Under the pieces are notes generated by a model that was not told where the DNA came from, ran no database searches, and saw only the letters and a program-made list of their open reading frames with translations. A program made the translations under genes and the position numbers. From the NCBI GenBank assembly GCA_011390465.1, contig JAABSH010000014.1:5549-69548 (forward strand): a stretch of 64,000 bases of DNA. Reading direction: 5' to 3'. Source of the DNA: Desulfobacteraceae bacterium. GTDB lineage: Bacteria > Desulfobacterota > Desulfobacteria > Desulfobacterales > Desulfosalsimonadaceae. Below are positions 28,283 to 38,820 of this stretch, in pieces. The stretch's first letter is position 1. Each line of letters starts with the position of its first letter.

Positions 28283-28328
28283 GCGGGACAAAAGCGGGAC
28301 AAAAAAAAAGCGGGACAGGAGCGGGACA
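28283..28328 (+). promoter_or_regulatory. four GCGGGACA direct repeats (candidate integrase arm-type sites, right arm)
   Basis: gcgggaca at 28283, 28294, 28310 and 28321, all in the same orientation as the two copies at the left end, 35 nt from the att repeat. Confidence 0.45.
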
Positions 28329-28343
28329 AACTGACCTGAAAAT

Positions 28344-28376
28344 AAAAAAGGGTTTTCCGTCAAATGACGTAAACCC
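28344..28376 (-). terminator. terminator of tRNA-Lys (element-borne version)
   Basis: gggttt..cgtc aaat gacg..aaaccc hairpin, followed on the minus strand by a T-run, immediately 3' of the tRNA. Confidence 0.5.
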
Positions 28377-28435
28377 TTGATTTTATTGGTGGGCCGTGAA
28401 GGAATCGAACCTTCAACCTACTGATTAAGAGTCAG
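28363..28435. repeat. right att repeat (73 bp, identical to 18981..19053)
   Basis: 73/73 identity by direct comparison. Confidence 0.9.
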
Positions 28436-28463
28436 GTGCTCTGCCTAGTTGAGCTAACGGCCC
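28387..28463 (-). tRNA. tRNA-Lys (anticodon CTT)
   Basis: The reverse complement folds as GGGCCGT-TA-GCTC-AACTAGGCA-GAGC-A-CCTGA-CTCTTAA-TCAGT-AGGTT-GAAGG-TTCGATT-CCTTC-ACGGCCC-A-CCA. It has a 7-bp acceptor stem, a TTCGATT T-loop, an encoded CCA and anticodon CTT, with one C-U mismatch at positions 27-43. Confidence 0.9.
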
Positions 28464-28568
28464 ATGAAGGAAAAATTGATAAAAAAAATTAATTAACAAT
28501 TTGCATTTTGGATGTCAATTAATTTTTCAGCTTAATTTTTCGGGTTATCCGGGTCAAGGGAATTGATT

Positions 28569-29333
28569 TCATCGGTCTTCCTGGTCTGGCCAGAAGTTCT
28601 TTTTTTCCCGGCGAAGGCGTTTTTTGTTGTTTTTCCAGCTGGTATCTTTTTCCTTTTTTTTGCTTTTAAAGGATTTTTCTTCGGCCGGGGACAGGGAAAA
28701 AGATCCGGCCTGGGCCTGCTGTTTGTAGATTTCAACCGGGTCTGGTTTTTTAACGGCTTTTTTCGGAATCTGGGGCTCCTGGGGCAGGGCAGGGCCGGTA
28801 AAACAATCCACCGGCACCGCCTCACTCAGATAGAGCCCATGGCCGCAGTGTCGCAGCACAACACCTTTTTCCATCAGCGTTCGGGTGTGAATGGTCAGCT
28901 TCACCGGATGCGGGGCCCGGCGTTTGGCGATTTTTACCGCCATTTCCAGGTCCTCACAGCAGACAATAAAGGGATGGGCTGTGGGGCGGATGCCGTTTTC
29001 CAGCACTGCGGCATAAGATTTCTGTTTCACGCACACATGCAGCAGTTTGGGCGGTTCCGGACATGGCTGATATGCGGGCAGATTTTGATGATTTTTGGAG
29101 CGGATGCGGGTGTCATCAACTTCCACCGGCGGATTTGGCAGTACCAGCAGCATTTCATTGATGGAATTTTTGCGGATGTGCCGCCATCCCTCAATTTCCG
29201 TGACTGCCTGCAGAAATTCCTTTATTTTCACGTATCCCTTTTCATCCGGGACCAGGCCGAATTCCCATGGGCAGTGCCCGAGCACATAGTCTGAAAATTT
29301 GGCAAATTTTTCAATATGCTGTTTTCTTTTCAT
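28569..29333 (-). CDS. KptA/Tpt1-like (RNA 2'-phosphotransferase fold) protein, divergent, with a Lys-rich C-terminal tail
   Basis: The N-terminus FAKFSDYVLGHCPWEFGLVPDEKGYVKIKEFL parallels the KptA SKFLSFVLRHKPE..GL.LD..GW motif, and later TRIRSKNH and LLHVCV segments align with IRA.QGHS and L.HGT. The C-terminal ~60 aa are K/E/R-rich. Confidence 0.5.
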   Translation of the reverse strand: MKRKQHIEKFAKFSDYVLGHCPWEFGLVPDEKGYVKIKEFLQAVTEIEGWRHIRKNSINEMLLVLPNPPVEVDDTRIRSKNHQNLPAYQPCPEPPKLLHVCVKQKSYAAVLENGIRPTAHPFIVCCEDLEMAVKIAKRRAPHPVKLTIHTRTLMEKGVVLRHCGHGLYLSEAVPVDCFTGPALPQEPQIPKKAVKKPDPVEIYKQQAQAGSFSLSPAEEKSFKSKKKEKDTSWKNNKKRLRREKKNFWPDQEDR

Positions 29334-29371
29334 GCAAGTAACGACAAAATAAGAATTATAGTGACGGAAAA

Positions 29372-29531
29372 CACGGTAAATTTGTTCTGTCTTTTTTTGA
29401 GGCAGGCGCGGTGGCCTGCCCTACGAACCGGTCAAGGCCTCCGTGCGTTGTAGGGATGGCCACCGTGCCGTCCTGTAATATGACAAAAGACCTATGGTTA
29501 TGGGCTTTGAGGGTAGAACAAATTTACCGTG
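29372..29531. mobile_element. 160-bp MITE (17-bp perfect TIRs, 9-bp target-site duplication)
   Basis: The left TIR cacggtaaatttgttct (29372..29388) is the exact reverse complement of the right TIR (29515..29531). The flanking direct repeats gacggaaaa sit at 29363..29371 and 29532..29540. There is an internal long imperfect hairpin (29401..29424 / 29450..29473) and no ORF. Confidence 0.65.
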
Positions 29532-29642
29532 GACGGAAAAACCCTTTCTTGACCGTAAAAATCTGCTCTGATATCGTGATTATCTTTAAAATTAACAACA
29601 AGTCAATTGTTTTATAAGGATTTAACACAGGAGCAGCAGGTT

Positions 29643-30938
29643 ATGAAAACCTATCAGAAATCATCTCAGTTATTTCAAAAAGCACAAACCCTTATCCCGG
29701 GCGGGGTCAACAGTCCGGTGCGGGCATGCCGGTCCGTGGGCATGGACCCTGTTTTTATTGAAAAAGCATCCGGCGCCCATCTCACGGATGCGGACGGCAA
29801 TGCGTATATCGATTATGTGGGATCCTGGGGTCCCATGATTCTGGGACATTCCCATCCCGCGGTGATCCGCGCGCTGGAAACCGCATTGTCCCGGGGAACC
29901 AGTTTTGGGGCCCCGGTGGATCTGGAAGTGGAACTGGCCGAACTGATCGTTGAACGGGTGCCGGCTCTTGAAAAGGTGCGCATGGTGAATTCCGGCACGG
30001 AAGCCACCATGAGTGCCGTGCGGCTGGCCCGGGGGGTGACCGGCAGGAATCTGATCGTCAAGTTTGACGGGTGTTATCACGGTCATGCGGATTCTTTTCT
30101 GGTGGCCGCGGGTTCCGGCGTGGCCACCCTTAAAATTCCCGGGAGCCCCGGGGTGCCGGATTCCGTGATCGCCCATACCCTTTCTCTGGCTTATAATGAT
30201 ACGGAGACATTTGTTTCCGTGATGGACAAATCCGGTCCGGAGATTGCCGCCGTTATTGTCGAGCCTGTGGCCGGCAATATGGGGCTGGTGCCGCCCGCGC
30301 CCGGGTTTCTGGAAACCCTGCGCAAGGAAACGGAAAAACACGGCAGCCTTTTGATTTTTGACGAAGTAATGACCGGTTTCCGGGTGTCCCGGGGCGGGGC
30401 CCAGGTGCTCTATGATATTGCTCCGGATATGTCCTGCTTTGGAAAAATCGTTGGCGGCGGTCTGCCTGTGGGGGCATATGGCGGGAAAAATCATATCATG
30501 CGCCAGGTGGCACCGGAAGGGCCGGTGTATCAGGCCGGTACCCTTTCCGGCAACCCTCTGGCCATGGCAGCGGGCATTGCCACCCTCAGGGAGCTGGACC
30601 GGCCCGGTTTTTATGAAGCTCTTGAAAAAACAGCGCACCGTCTTGCCACCGGCCTTGAAGCGGCAGCTGCTTCTACCGGAACGGCCGCAACAGTCAACCG
30701 CGTGGGGTCCATGCTCGGGGTGTTTTTCACGGATCAGCCGGTAAAGGATTTTGAATCCGCCAAAACCGCCAATCTGGAGCTTTTTTCCGCGTATTACCGG
30801 GATATGCTGGAAAAAGGGATTTATCTTGCCCCGTCTCAGTTTGAGGCCCTGTTTGTTTCCGCCGCGCATACGAATGCGGACATAGATGCCACCATTTCCG
30901 CGGCTGAAGCAGTTCTGGGCGCACTGGCCAACCCATAA
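29643..30938 (+). CDS. hemL: glutamate-1-semialdehyde 2,1-aminomutase
   Basis: Full-length match to the HemL pattern ([39 protein letters not shown] with the PLP lysine). aggag sits 9 nt upstream of ATG 29643. Confidence 0.92.
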   Translation: MKTYQKSSQLFQKAQTLIPGGVNSPVRACRSVGMDPVFIEKASGAHLTDADGNAYIDYVGSWGPMILGHSHPAVIRALETALSRGTSFGAPVDLEVELAELIVERVPALEKVRMVNSGTEATMSAVRLARGVTGRNLIVKFDGCYHGHADSFLVAAGSGVATLKIPGSPGVPDSVIAHTLSLAYNDTETFVSVMDKSGPEIAAVIVEPVAGNMGLVPPAPGFLETLRKETEKHGSLLIFDEVMTGFRVSRGGAQVLYDIAPDMSCFGKIVGGGLPVGAYGGKNHIMRQVAPEGPVYQAGTLSGNPLAMAAGIATLRELDRPGFYEALEKTAHRLATGLEAAAASTGTAATVNRVGSMLGVFFTDQPVKDFESAKTANLELFSAYYRDMLEKGIYLAPSQFEALFVSAAHTNADIDATISAAEAVLGALANP

Positions 30939-31013
30939 TCGGTTTCAGCAACCGGCCAATTACCCGGCCGCATGACCACAGCAGCATAGAGGAAAAGGAT
31001 TTCAGAGAAGCCC

Positions 31014-32432
31014 ATGAACACAGCCAACACCATCCCCGGCCGTATCCGGCATATTCACCTGATTGCCATCTGCGGCACCGGCATGGGCGCCCTTGCCTGT
31101 ATGCTCAAGGATCTGGGATACCGGGTGACCGGTTCGGATGCCAATGTATATCCGCCAATGAGTACGTATCTGGCGGAAAAGGGAATTGCCGTTTTTAAAG
31201 GCTTTGACGCGAGGCATCTGGAAGAAAGCCCCGATCTGGTGGTGGTGGGCAATGCGGTGCGCCGGGAAAATCCCGAAGCAGCCGCTGCCCGGGAGAAGGG
31301 CTTGTGTTTCTGCTCCATGCCCCAGGCCCTGAATCATTTTGTGGCTGCCGGGAAAAAATCCCTGGTGGTCACCGGAACTCACGGGAAAACCACCACGGCT
31401 TCCATGCTGGCCTGGATTTTACAGGCGGCCGGTCAGGATCCGTCTTTTATGATCGGCGGTATTTTAAAAGATTTTGCCGGCAATTACCGCCTGGGAAACG
31501 GCGGATACGTGGTGCTGGAAGGGGATGAATACGACACTGCCTATTTTGACAAGCAGTCCAAGTTTCTGCATTTTGACCCCTATGTGGCCATTTTGACCAG
31601 CGTGGAGTTTGATCACGCGGATATTTTTAATGATCTGGATCATGTAAAGCAGGCGTTTGCCGGGTTTATTGCGAAGTTTTCAGACAAGAACTGTTTGATT
31701 GCCAAAGATCAGGATAAAAATATTGATGATCTGCTGGCCGGGAAAACTGCCCGTATTCTGCGGTACGGCGACCATCCGGATTCGGCCTGGCGGATCGGGA
31801 ACGCGTCTGTCAACCCGCCATGGAACTGTTTTGAAATTTATCATCACAACCAGCGGTTCGGCGCATTTAAAATGCGTCTGCCCGGGGCCCACAACCGCGC
31901 CAACGCCCTTGCGGCCGCGGCCGCGGCCCATCAGATCGGAATTTCAGCCGATGTTATTTCAAACGCCCTTGAGACCTTTTCCGGCGTGCGGCGGCGGCAG
32001 GATGTGCGGGGCGTAAAAAACGGGATCACGGTAATGGATGATTTTGCTCATCATCCCACGGCAGTCCGGGAAACCATCCGCGCTGTCCGGCCGTTTTATC
32101 CGGACGGACGGCTGATTGCCGTGTTTGAGCCCCGCACCAACACCAGCATGCGGGATGTGTTTCAGGAGGAATATATAAAGGTGTTTGACGGGGCGGACCG
32201 GGTCTGCATCCGGAAGCCGCCCCTGCTGGCAAAGATCCCGGAAAACAGCCGGTTTTCTTCTGAAAAACTGGTAAACTCCCTCAATGATCGGGGAATTGCC
32301 GCATTTTATTTTGAAGATACAGATGCCATTATTAATGATGTGGCGTCAACTGCTGCATCCGGGGATGTAGTGCTGGTGATGTCGAACGGCGGGTTTGACA
32401 ACATCCATGAAAGGTTATTGGAAATATTGTAA
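31014..32432 (+). CDS. mpl: UDP-N-acetylmuramate:L-alanyl-gamma-D-glutamyl-meso-DAP ligase
   Basis: IHLIAICGTGMGALA...GSDANVYPPMS...GTHGKTTT...EGDEYDTAYFDKQSKFLH...EFDHADIF closely parallels E. coli Mpl rather than MurC. Confidence 0.88.
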   Translation: MNTANTIPGRIRHIHLIAICGTGMGALACMLKDLGYRVTGSDANVYPPMSTYLAEKGIAVFKGFDARHLEESPDLVVVGNAVRRENPEAAAAREKGLCFCSMPQALNHFVAAGKKSLVVTGTHGKTTTASMLAWILQAAGQDPSFMIGGILKDFAGNYRLGNGGYVVLEGDEYDTAYFDKQSKFLHFDPYVAILTSVEFDHADIFNDLDHVKQAFAGFIAKFSDKNCLIAKDQDKNIDDLLAGKTARILRYGDHPDSAWRIGNASVNPPWNCFEIYHHNQRFGAFKMRLPGAHNRANALAAAAAAHQIGISADVISNALETFSGVRRRQDVRGVKNGITVMDDFAHHPTAVRETIRAVRPFYPDGRLIAVFEPRTNTSMRDVFQEEYIKVFDGADRVCIRKPPLLAKIPENSRFSSEKLVNSLNDRGIAAFYFEDTDAIINDVASTAASGDVVLVMSNGGFDNIHERLLEIL

Positions 32433-32452
32433 AAATTTTATCTGTTGGGTTT

Positions 32453-32941
32453 CTATTCGTTTTGGGCGATTTCCGCCTTTGCTTCCATCAGTTCTTCAGT
32501 GGTTTTTTTCAACCGGTTGGCCAGAATTTCCGCAAATCCCCTGTAAAGAATATATTTAAAGCTCAGCCGGTTTTCTTCATCCAGATTGTCAATCTGGGAG
32601 GTGCGGATGATCAGGCAGGAAGTGGGGCCGGCGGCGTAGACGGAGGCGGATCTGGCAATACCGGTGACCACCCCGATTTCTCCGAATACATCGCCAGTGC
32701 GGCGGAGAATGATGAGCTCCCGGCCGTTTTTCATGACTTTTGCTTTTCCGGAAATCAGATAAAACACCCGGTCATCCAGGCTGTTTTCTTCTATGATGAG
32801 TTCATTCTCTTTGTATGTGCGGATTTCACTGAACCGCAGAAAGGTTTCAAGGTCCTGTTCGCTGAACCCTTCCATTGCTGGAATTTTTTTAAGGTATTGA
32901 ATGGTTTCCTGATTATCATCTAAAAAGCCGGTTTCCGTCAT
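32453..32941 (-). CDS. cyclic-nucleotide-binding domain protein
   Basis: cNMP-binding beta-roll pattern (GDVFGEIGVVTGIARSASVYA), 162 aa, with no output domain. Confidence 0.75.
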   Translation of the reverse strand: MTETGFLDDNQETIQYLKKIPAMEGFSEQDLETFLRFSEIRTYKENELIIEENSLDDRVFYLISGKAKVMKNGRELIILRRTGDVFGEIGVVTGIARSASVYAAGPTSCLIIRTSQIDNLDEENRLSFKYILYRGFAEILANRLKKTTEELMEAKAEIAQNE

Positions 32942-33065
32942 CAGTTTGCCCCTTATTTGCTGACCCTTGTTAAATTATGAAATAATTTTTTACATTATCC
33001 TGTATTTTGTGAAGAATCAAGAAGAAATTTTTTCCCATTTTTTTGTAACAAATTCTTTTTACACA

Positions 33066-33101
33066 TAAAAAAGCATGGCCGCCGGCAGCGGCCATGCTTT
33101 T
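33066..33101 (-). terminator. rho-independent terminator after the porin gene
   Basis: 14-bp perfect stem aaaagcatggccgc / gcggccatgctttt with a 5-nt loop. The minus-strand transcript ends in a T-run. Confidence 0.65.
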
Positions 33102-33129
33102 CAAGTCGGCGGCAGTAAAATTGCCGTGC

Positions 33130-34503
33130 TTAGAAGGATAAGTTAACTTCCCAGAAGAATTCGTATGCTTCGTCGTCACCAACAGATTTCCAGTCACCAG
33201 TGTCGTTAACAACAAACGCATCGCCTGGATCAATTAATGCGGCATACATTGAAAAAGATAAGTTTTTGGAGTAAGTATATTTTGCCTGCAACTGATAATA
33301 GTCACCAAAATCATCGTCTTTTTTTAAGCCTTGGCTGTCCAATGCAGGTTCATCGAAAGTAAGCATGGAATAAGTTAATTTTGCTGAAAGGTCTTTTGTC
33401 AGGTTGCATCCAATGCCGGCGCTAAGAATGTTAAGATTCGAATAGACGGCTTCTTCCACTGTGCTGCTTTGTTCTCTCCACTTGCTGTCATATCCACCAA
33501 GGGATGAATTATAGCTCGTGGAGACGAATTTCCATGCCAGTAAATCACCGAACTGGGGCCAGCCGCCATAAAAGTGATCCCATCTTTCCTGTTCATCTGT
33601 ATTCGGGTCATCGCCTTGCATATAAGCGTAACCCACAAATAATCTGGGTGTCATCGGCGCATCTTTCAAAGTAAAACCACCGTCAAATTTCCCACCGAGT
33701 GCTTCCTGGTCTACATCTTTATTAAATTCACCGAACTGGTAAGCGCCTTCTAAAGAATAGTCCAGTCCGTTTTCGAATTTGTTGGATACTCTTATGCCTG
33801 TCATCCAAATATTCTTATCAAGATTCTCATCGTACTTGTTTAAAGCATAGAGTTCTTGTTTGCCTCCAATATAGGGGCATGTCGCTGTAAGATAGGCACC
33901 TGCCAGGGTGACATCGTCGTCAACCGTATTCCATCTCATATTTTCCTGGTCTTTAAAGTATAAACCGTCCAAGACCGCATTTTTTCCAAGCGGGATACTC
34001 AATTTGACACCATCGAAATATATTGAGGTGGAAGCCATCTGTGATTGGCCGTCAAACAGAACAAACCCGGATCCATACATCAGGTTCATCCGTCCGACAT
34101 TAAGGGTCGTGCCTGTATTGAAAAAATCTTTTACAGTGATATAAGCATTATCTATAAAGACTTTGTTGCTTTTGTTGTCTGCTTCATAATTGTCAAAATC
34201 TACTGGAAAATCAGCTTCTTTTTGTGCGGTTTCAGGTTCACCAATATTTTCGCCATAGGTTTGATTTGCAATACGAATAAAGCCACTGATATTATTACCA
34301 AAATTGGCTTTGGTGTAGAGCCTTGTTCTTAATCGGAACACTTCCCAATTGTCAATATCCCCGTCATCATTGAAATCGAAAAAATTATGTAGCTTATACC
34401 CTCTCATACGGACGTCACCGCCCATCTCAAGATTGTCCGTCCAATCTGCCGCTGCCGGCGTGCATAAAAAAAGCACCAAAAACAAAACCATTAATCTTTT
34501 CAT
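33130..34503 (-). CDS. outer-membrane beta-barrel porin-like protein
   Basis: Signal peptide MKRLMVLFLVLFLCTPAAA; Y/G/D-rich alternating strands; C-terminal WEVNLSF. Confidence 0.65.
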   Translation of the reverse strand: MKRLMVLFLVLFLCTPAAADWTDNLEMGGDVRMRGYKLHNFFDFNDDGDIDNWEVFRLRTRLYTKANFGNNISGFIRIANQTYGENIGEPETAQKEADFPVDFDNYEADNKSNKVFIDNAYITVKDFFNTGTTLNVGRMNLMYGSGFVLFDGQSQMASTSIYFDGVKLSIPLGKNAVLDGLYFKDQENMRWNTVDDDVTLAGAYLTATCPYIGGKQELYALNKYDENLDKNIWMTGIRVSNKFENGLDYSLEGAYQFGEFNKDVDQEALGGKFDGGFTLKDAPMTPRLFVGYAYMQGDDPNTDEQERWDHFYGGWPQFGDLLAWKFVSTSYNSSLGGYDSKWREQSSTVEEAVYSNLNILSAGIGCNLTKDLSAKLTYSMLTFDEPALDSQGLKKDDDFGDYYQLQAKYTYSKNLSFSMYAALIDPGDAFVVNDTGDWKSVGDDEAYEFFWEVNLSF

Positions 34504-34604
34504 TCATTTCCTCCTTTTTTTGGGTTAAAAAATATGGCATATTTTCTGACTACAATGGGTTTTTTCCGTTTTTTGAACCGGGCGAATGCCCGGTTTATGA
34601 AAAG

Positions 34605-36341
<1,737 letters not shown>

Positions 36342-36482
36342 ATGGATATACCTTTTCCATGAAGATCGTTGCGGGGGTTACACAGGAATTAAGGCAAGAT
36401 ACAGGAAGCCGGCAGTTAGAGTCAAGAATAAACTCTTGAAAAGTATCATTTTTTTTGAGTAAGACCGTAAATCGGCGGTTTT

Positions 36483-37220
36483 TCAGTATCCCACATTCAT
36501 CAGAAACAGGCCCTGGGGCGGGGCTGTGGCACCGGCCAGTTTTCGGTTTTTCGCGTCAAGAATCTGCCTGAAGCGCTCCGCAGATGTTTTGCCCAGTCCC
36601 ACATCCGCCAGTGTGCCGGTCAGGTTTCTCACCATATAGCGTAAAAATCCATTGGCGGTGATGTTAAACACCACATACCCGTCGTCCGTTTTTGAAAGGG
36701 TCGCATTGGTTAAGGTGCGCACGGTGTGGTCCCGGGGACTGCCGGTGCCTTCAAAAGATTTGAAATCATGGGTGCCGATGATGTGGCCGGCGGCCTGTTC
36801 CATGGCCCCGACATCCAGGTTTTTGCGGATGTGCCATGCATATTGCCGGCCTACGGCAATCGGAAGCGGGTGGTTATAAATTCGGTACTGGTAGGTTTTG
36901 TTTCTGGCGGAAAATCGGGCATGAAAATTATCCTTTGCCGGTTCACAGGCTTTGATCACAATATCATTCGGCAGCAGGCTGTTCAAGCCGGCTTGAAATC
37001 CATGGGCCGGAATGGCTGCGCGGGTTTTAAAGCTGGCCACCTGGGCGTAGGCGTGAACCCCGGCATCGGTCCGGCCGGAGCCGGCTATCCGGATTTTTTC
37101 CCGGGTCATGACGGTCAGGGCCTTTTCAATGGTTTCCTGAAGGGTTATGTCTTCCGCCTGGGTCTGCCAGCCGTGATAACCTGTTCCGTCGTATTCAATG
37201 GTGAGTTTAAAGGTTTTCAT
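36483..37220 (-). CDS. truA: tRNA pseudouridine(38-40) synthase
   Basis: MKTFKLTIEYDGTGYHGWQ and the catalytic GSGRTDAGVHA motif. ATG 37220 is preferred over the ORF start at 37253. Confidence 0.9.
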   Translation of the reverse strand: MKTFKLTIEYDGTGYHGWQTQAEDITLQETIEKALTVMTREKIRIAGSGRTDAGVHAYAQVASFKTRAAIPAHGFQAGLNSLLPNDIVIKACEPAKDNFHARFSARNKTYQYRIYNHPLPIAVGRQYAWHIRKNLDVGAMEQAAGHIIGTHDFKSFEGTGSPRDHTVRTLTNATLSKTDDGYVVFNITANGFLRYMVRNLTGTLADVGLGKTSAERFRQILDAKNRKLAGATAPPQGLFLMNVGY

Positions 37221-37328
37221 TGCGATATGATGTTGACAAAAAAACCATATCAATTCAATAAGAGTTTGAATTCAGTGGTGAGGGTGAGAGCAACAGCCAA
37301 AAAGATGAAGTGAAAAGGCAAAAAAAAG

Positions 37329-38519
37329 ATGGAAGCGACAAAAATGAGATGCCGGGGATTTATGGCGGCGGGTATTTGTGCCGGAATTAAGAAAAAAAAC
37401 GCAAAAGATCTGGGCCTGATTGTGGCTGATGTGCCGGCCACGGCGGCCGGGGTATTTACCAGAAACAAAATCAAAGCAGCCCCGGTGCTGCTGGACATGG
37501 AAAGACTCGGCGCCGGCACATGCCGGGCCGTGATTGTAAACAGCGGAAACGCCAACTGCTGCACCGGTGAACAGGGAATGGCGGATGCGCGGCAAATGGG
37601 AAAAGTCGCGGCGGACAGGCTCGGGGTGGCCCAGGACCTGGTGCTGGTCTCCTCCACCGGCGTTATCGGCCAATATCTCCCGGTTGAAAAGGTGGAAGCC
37701 GCGATTCCGGCCCTGTTTGAGGCTTTGAGCGCGGACGGATTTTCCGATTTTGCTGAAGCCATCATGACAACGGATACCCGGCCCAAAACGCTTGCGCGAA
37801 CAGTGAAAATCGACGAGAAATATTTTAGTCTCAATTGTGTGGCCAAAGGCGCGGGCATGATCCGGCCGGACATGGCCACCATGCTTTGCTATGTATGCAC
37901 GGATGTGGCCGCGGATGCGCAGGCATTAAAAGCATTGCTTGTGGATGCCGTGGATCTTTCCTTTAACCGGATTACCATTGACGGCGACACCAGCACCAAT
38001 GACACGGTTTTGTTGCTGGCAAGCGGCGCGTCCGGATTGTCTTTGAGTGATGCGCAGGTAAAAGCGGCGTTTAAAGAGGCTTTAGACGCCATGCTGGTTG
38101 AAATGGCCAAAATGGTGGTCAAAGACGGGGAAGGGGTGACCAAACTGGTGGAGATCCGGGTCTCGGGCGCTGCTTCTGACGTGGATGCAAAAAAAATGGC
38201 AGACGCAGTGGCCCATTCGCCGCTGGTCAAGACCGCATTTTTTGGTGAAGACGCCAACTGGGGCCGTATCATCGGCGCCCTTGGCCGGGCCGGGGCCGAA
38301 CTCAATTCGGATACCATTGACATATTTTTTGACGATGTCTGCCTGGTGAAAAACAGCCAGTGGCAGGGAGCCGATGCTGAAGCCGCGGCCACAAAAGTGT
38401 TAAAAAAACCGGAATTTGTCGTGGCAGTGGATGCGCATCTGGGATCGGGTGCTTACTGCTGCTGGACCAGTGATTTTTCCATTGATTATGTCAAAATAAA
38501 CGCGGACTACCGGTCCTGA
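37329..38519 (+). CDS. argJ: bifunctional glutamate N-acetyltransferase/amino-acid acetyltransferase
   Basis: GFMAAGICAGIKKK..KDLGLI N-terminus and the autoprocessing site region ATMLCYV (Thr nucleophile). 396 aa. Confidence 0.9.
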   Translation: MEATKMRCRGFMAAGICAGIKKKNAKDLGLIVADVPATAAGVFTRNKIKAAPVLLDMERLGAGTCRAVIVNSGNANCCTGEQGMADARQMGKVAADRLGVAQDLVLVSSTGVIGQYLPVEKVEAAIPALFEALSADGFSDFAEAIMTTDTRPKTLARTVKIDEKYFSLNCVAKGAGMIRPDMATMLCYVCTDVAADAQALKALLVDAVDLSFNRITIDGDTSTNDTVLLLASGASGLSLSDAQVKAAFKEALDAMLVEMAKMVVKDGEGVTKLVEIRVSGAASDVDAKKMADAVAHSPLVKTAFFGEDANWGRIIGALGRAGAELNSDTIDIFFDDVCLVKNSQWQGADAEAAATKVLKKPEFVVAVDAHLGSGAYCCWTSDFSIDYVKINADYRS

Positions 38520-38820
38520 TTTATTCGTCAGCCGTATTTATGGGATTTCAGTACATTGCCTGCCACTGATAATGAATCAGTGTTCATCGTTGATACAGCC
38601 ATTTAACGACTCAACCGTAGTTAACCCGGGCCTTGCGGCTGCACGGATTTTTGCCGGGCGGTCGATTCCTTTTTTTTATTAATTATTTCAATTGGTTTTA
38701 TCTGGGTAACATTTTTTTCTTGTGTAAAGCAGCCGAAGTATAAGCAAATGCCTTTTTCTGTATTTCGGATAAAATTGTGTTTTTTAGGGCAAAACAACTT
38801 ATTGGCACAAGGAGAAAATA

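Larger units (their letters stand above)
18981..28435. mobile_element. integrative element in tRNA-Lys (satellite-like or integrated-plasmid-like, ~9.4 kb)
   Basis: Flanking 73-bp direct repeats derived from the tRNA; a tyrosine integrase at the left end; arm-type repeats at both ends; a replicase-like gene; the rest unknown. No capsid, tail, terminase or conjugation genes were recognised. Confidence 0.75.

Noticed and set aside
28283-28328. GCGGGACA array as a mini-CRISPR or tandem repeat array
   Set aside because: The repeats are only 8 bp, with 3-8 bp spacers, and there are no cas genes. Their position beside att and the matching copies at the other end fit recombinase arm sites instead.
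28094-28380. ORFs 28094..28363(-), 28148..28339(+) and 28168..28380(+) at the right end of the element
   Set aside because: They overlap each other, a terminator hairpin and the GCGGGACA repeat array. Their reading frames are generated by the repeats (KAGQ/KRDK), so they are very unlikely to be coding.
28490-28518. Sigma-70 promoter for tRNA-Lys (TTGACA on the minus strand at 28513..28518)
   Set aside because: The -35 is perfect, but the best -10 at 17-nt spacing is TAATTA (2 of 6 matches), which is too weak to report as a feature.
28563-29294. Plus-strand 243-aa ORF overlapping the kptA-like gene
   Set aside because: It has a Phe/Gly/Arg-rich low-complexity N-terminus, no motifs and no RBS. 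The minus-strand frame has the Tpt1-like pattern and a proper gene context.
29670-30869. 399-aa antisense ORF opposite hemL
   Set aside because: hemL is unambiguous. The antisense frame is Gly/Arg/His/Pro-rich with no motif.
38803-38808. TGGCAC just upstream of the CoA-transferase start
   Set aside because: The sequence 5 nt downstream is gaaa rather than TTGC/TTGA, and the hexamer overlaps the RBS region (ggagaaaataATG). It is not a plausible -24/-12 promoter.
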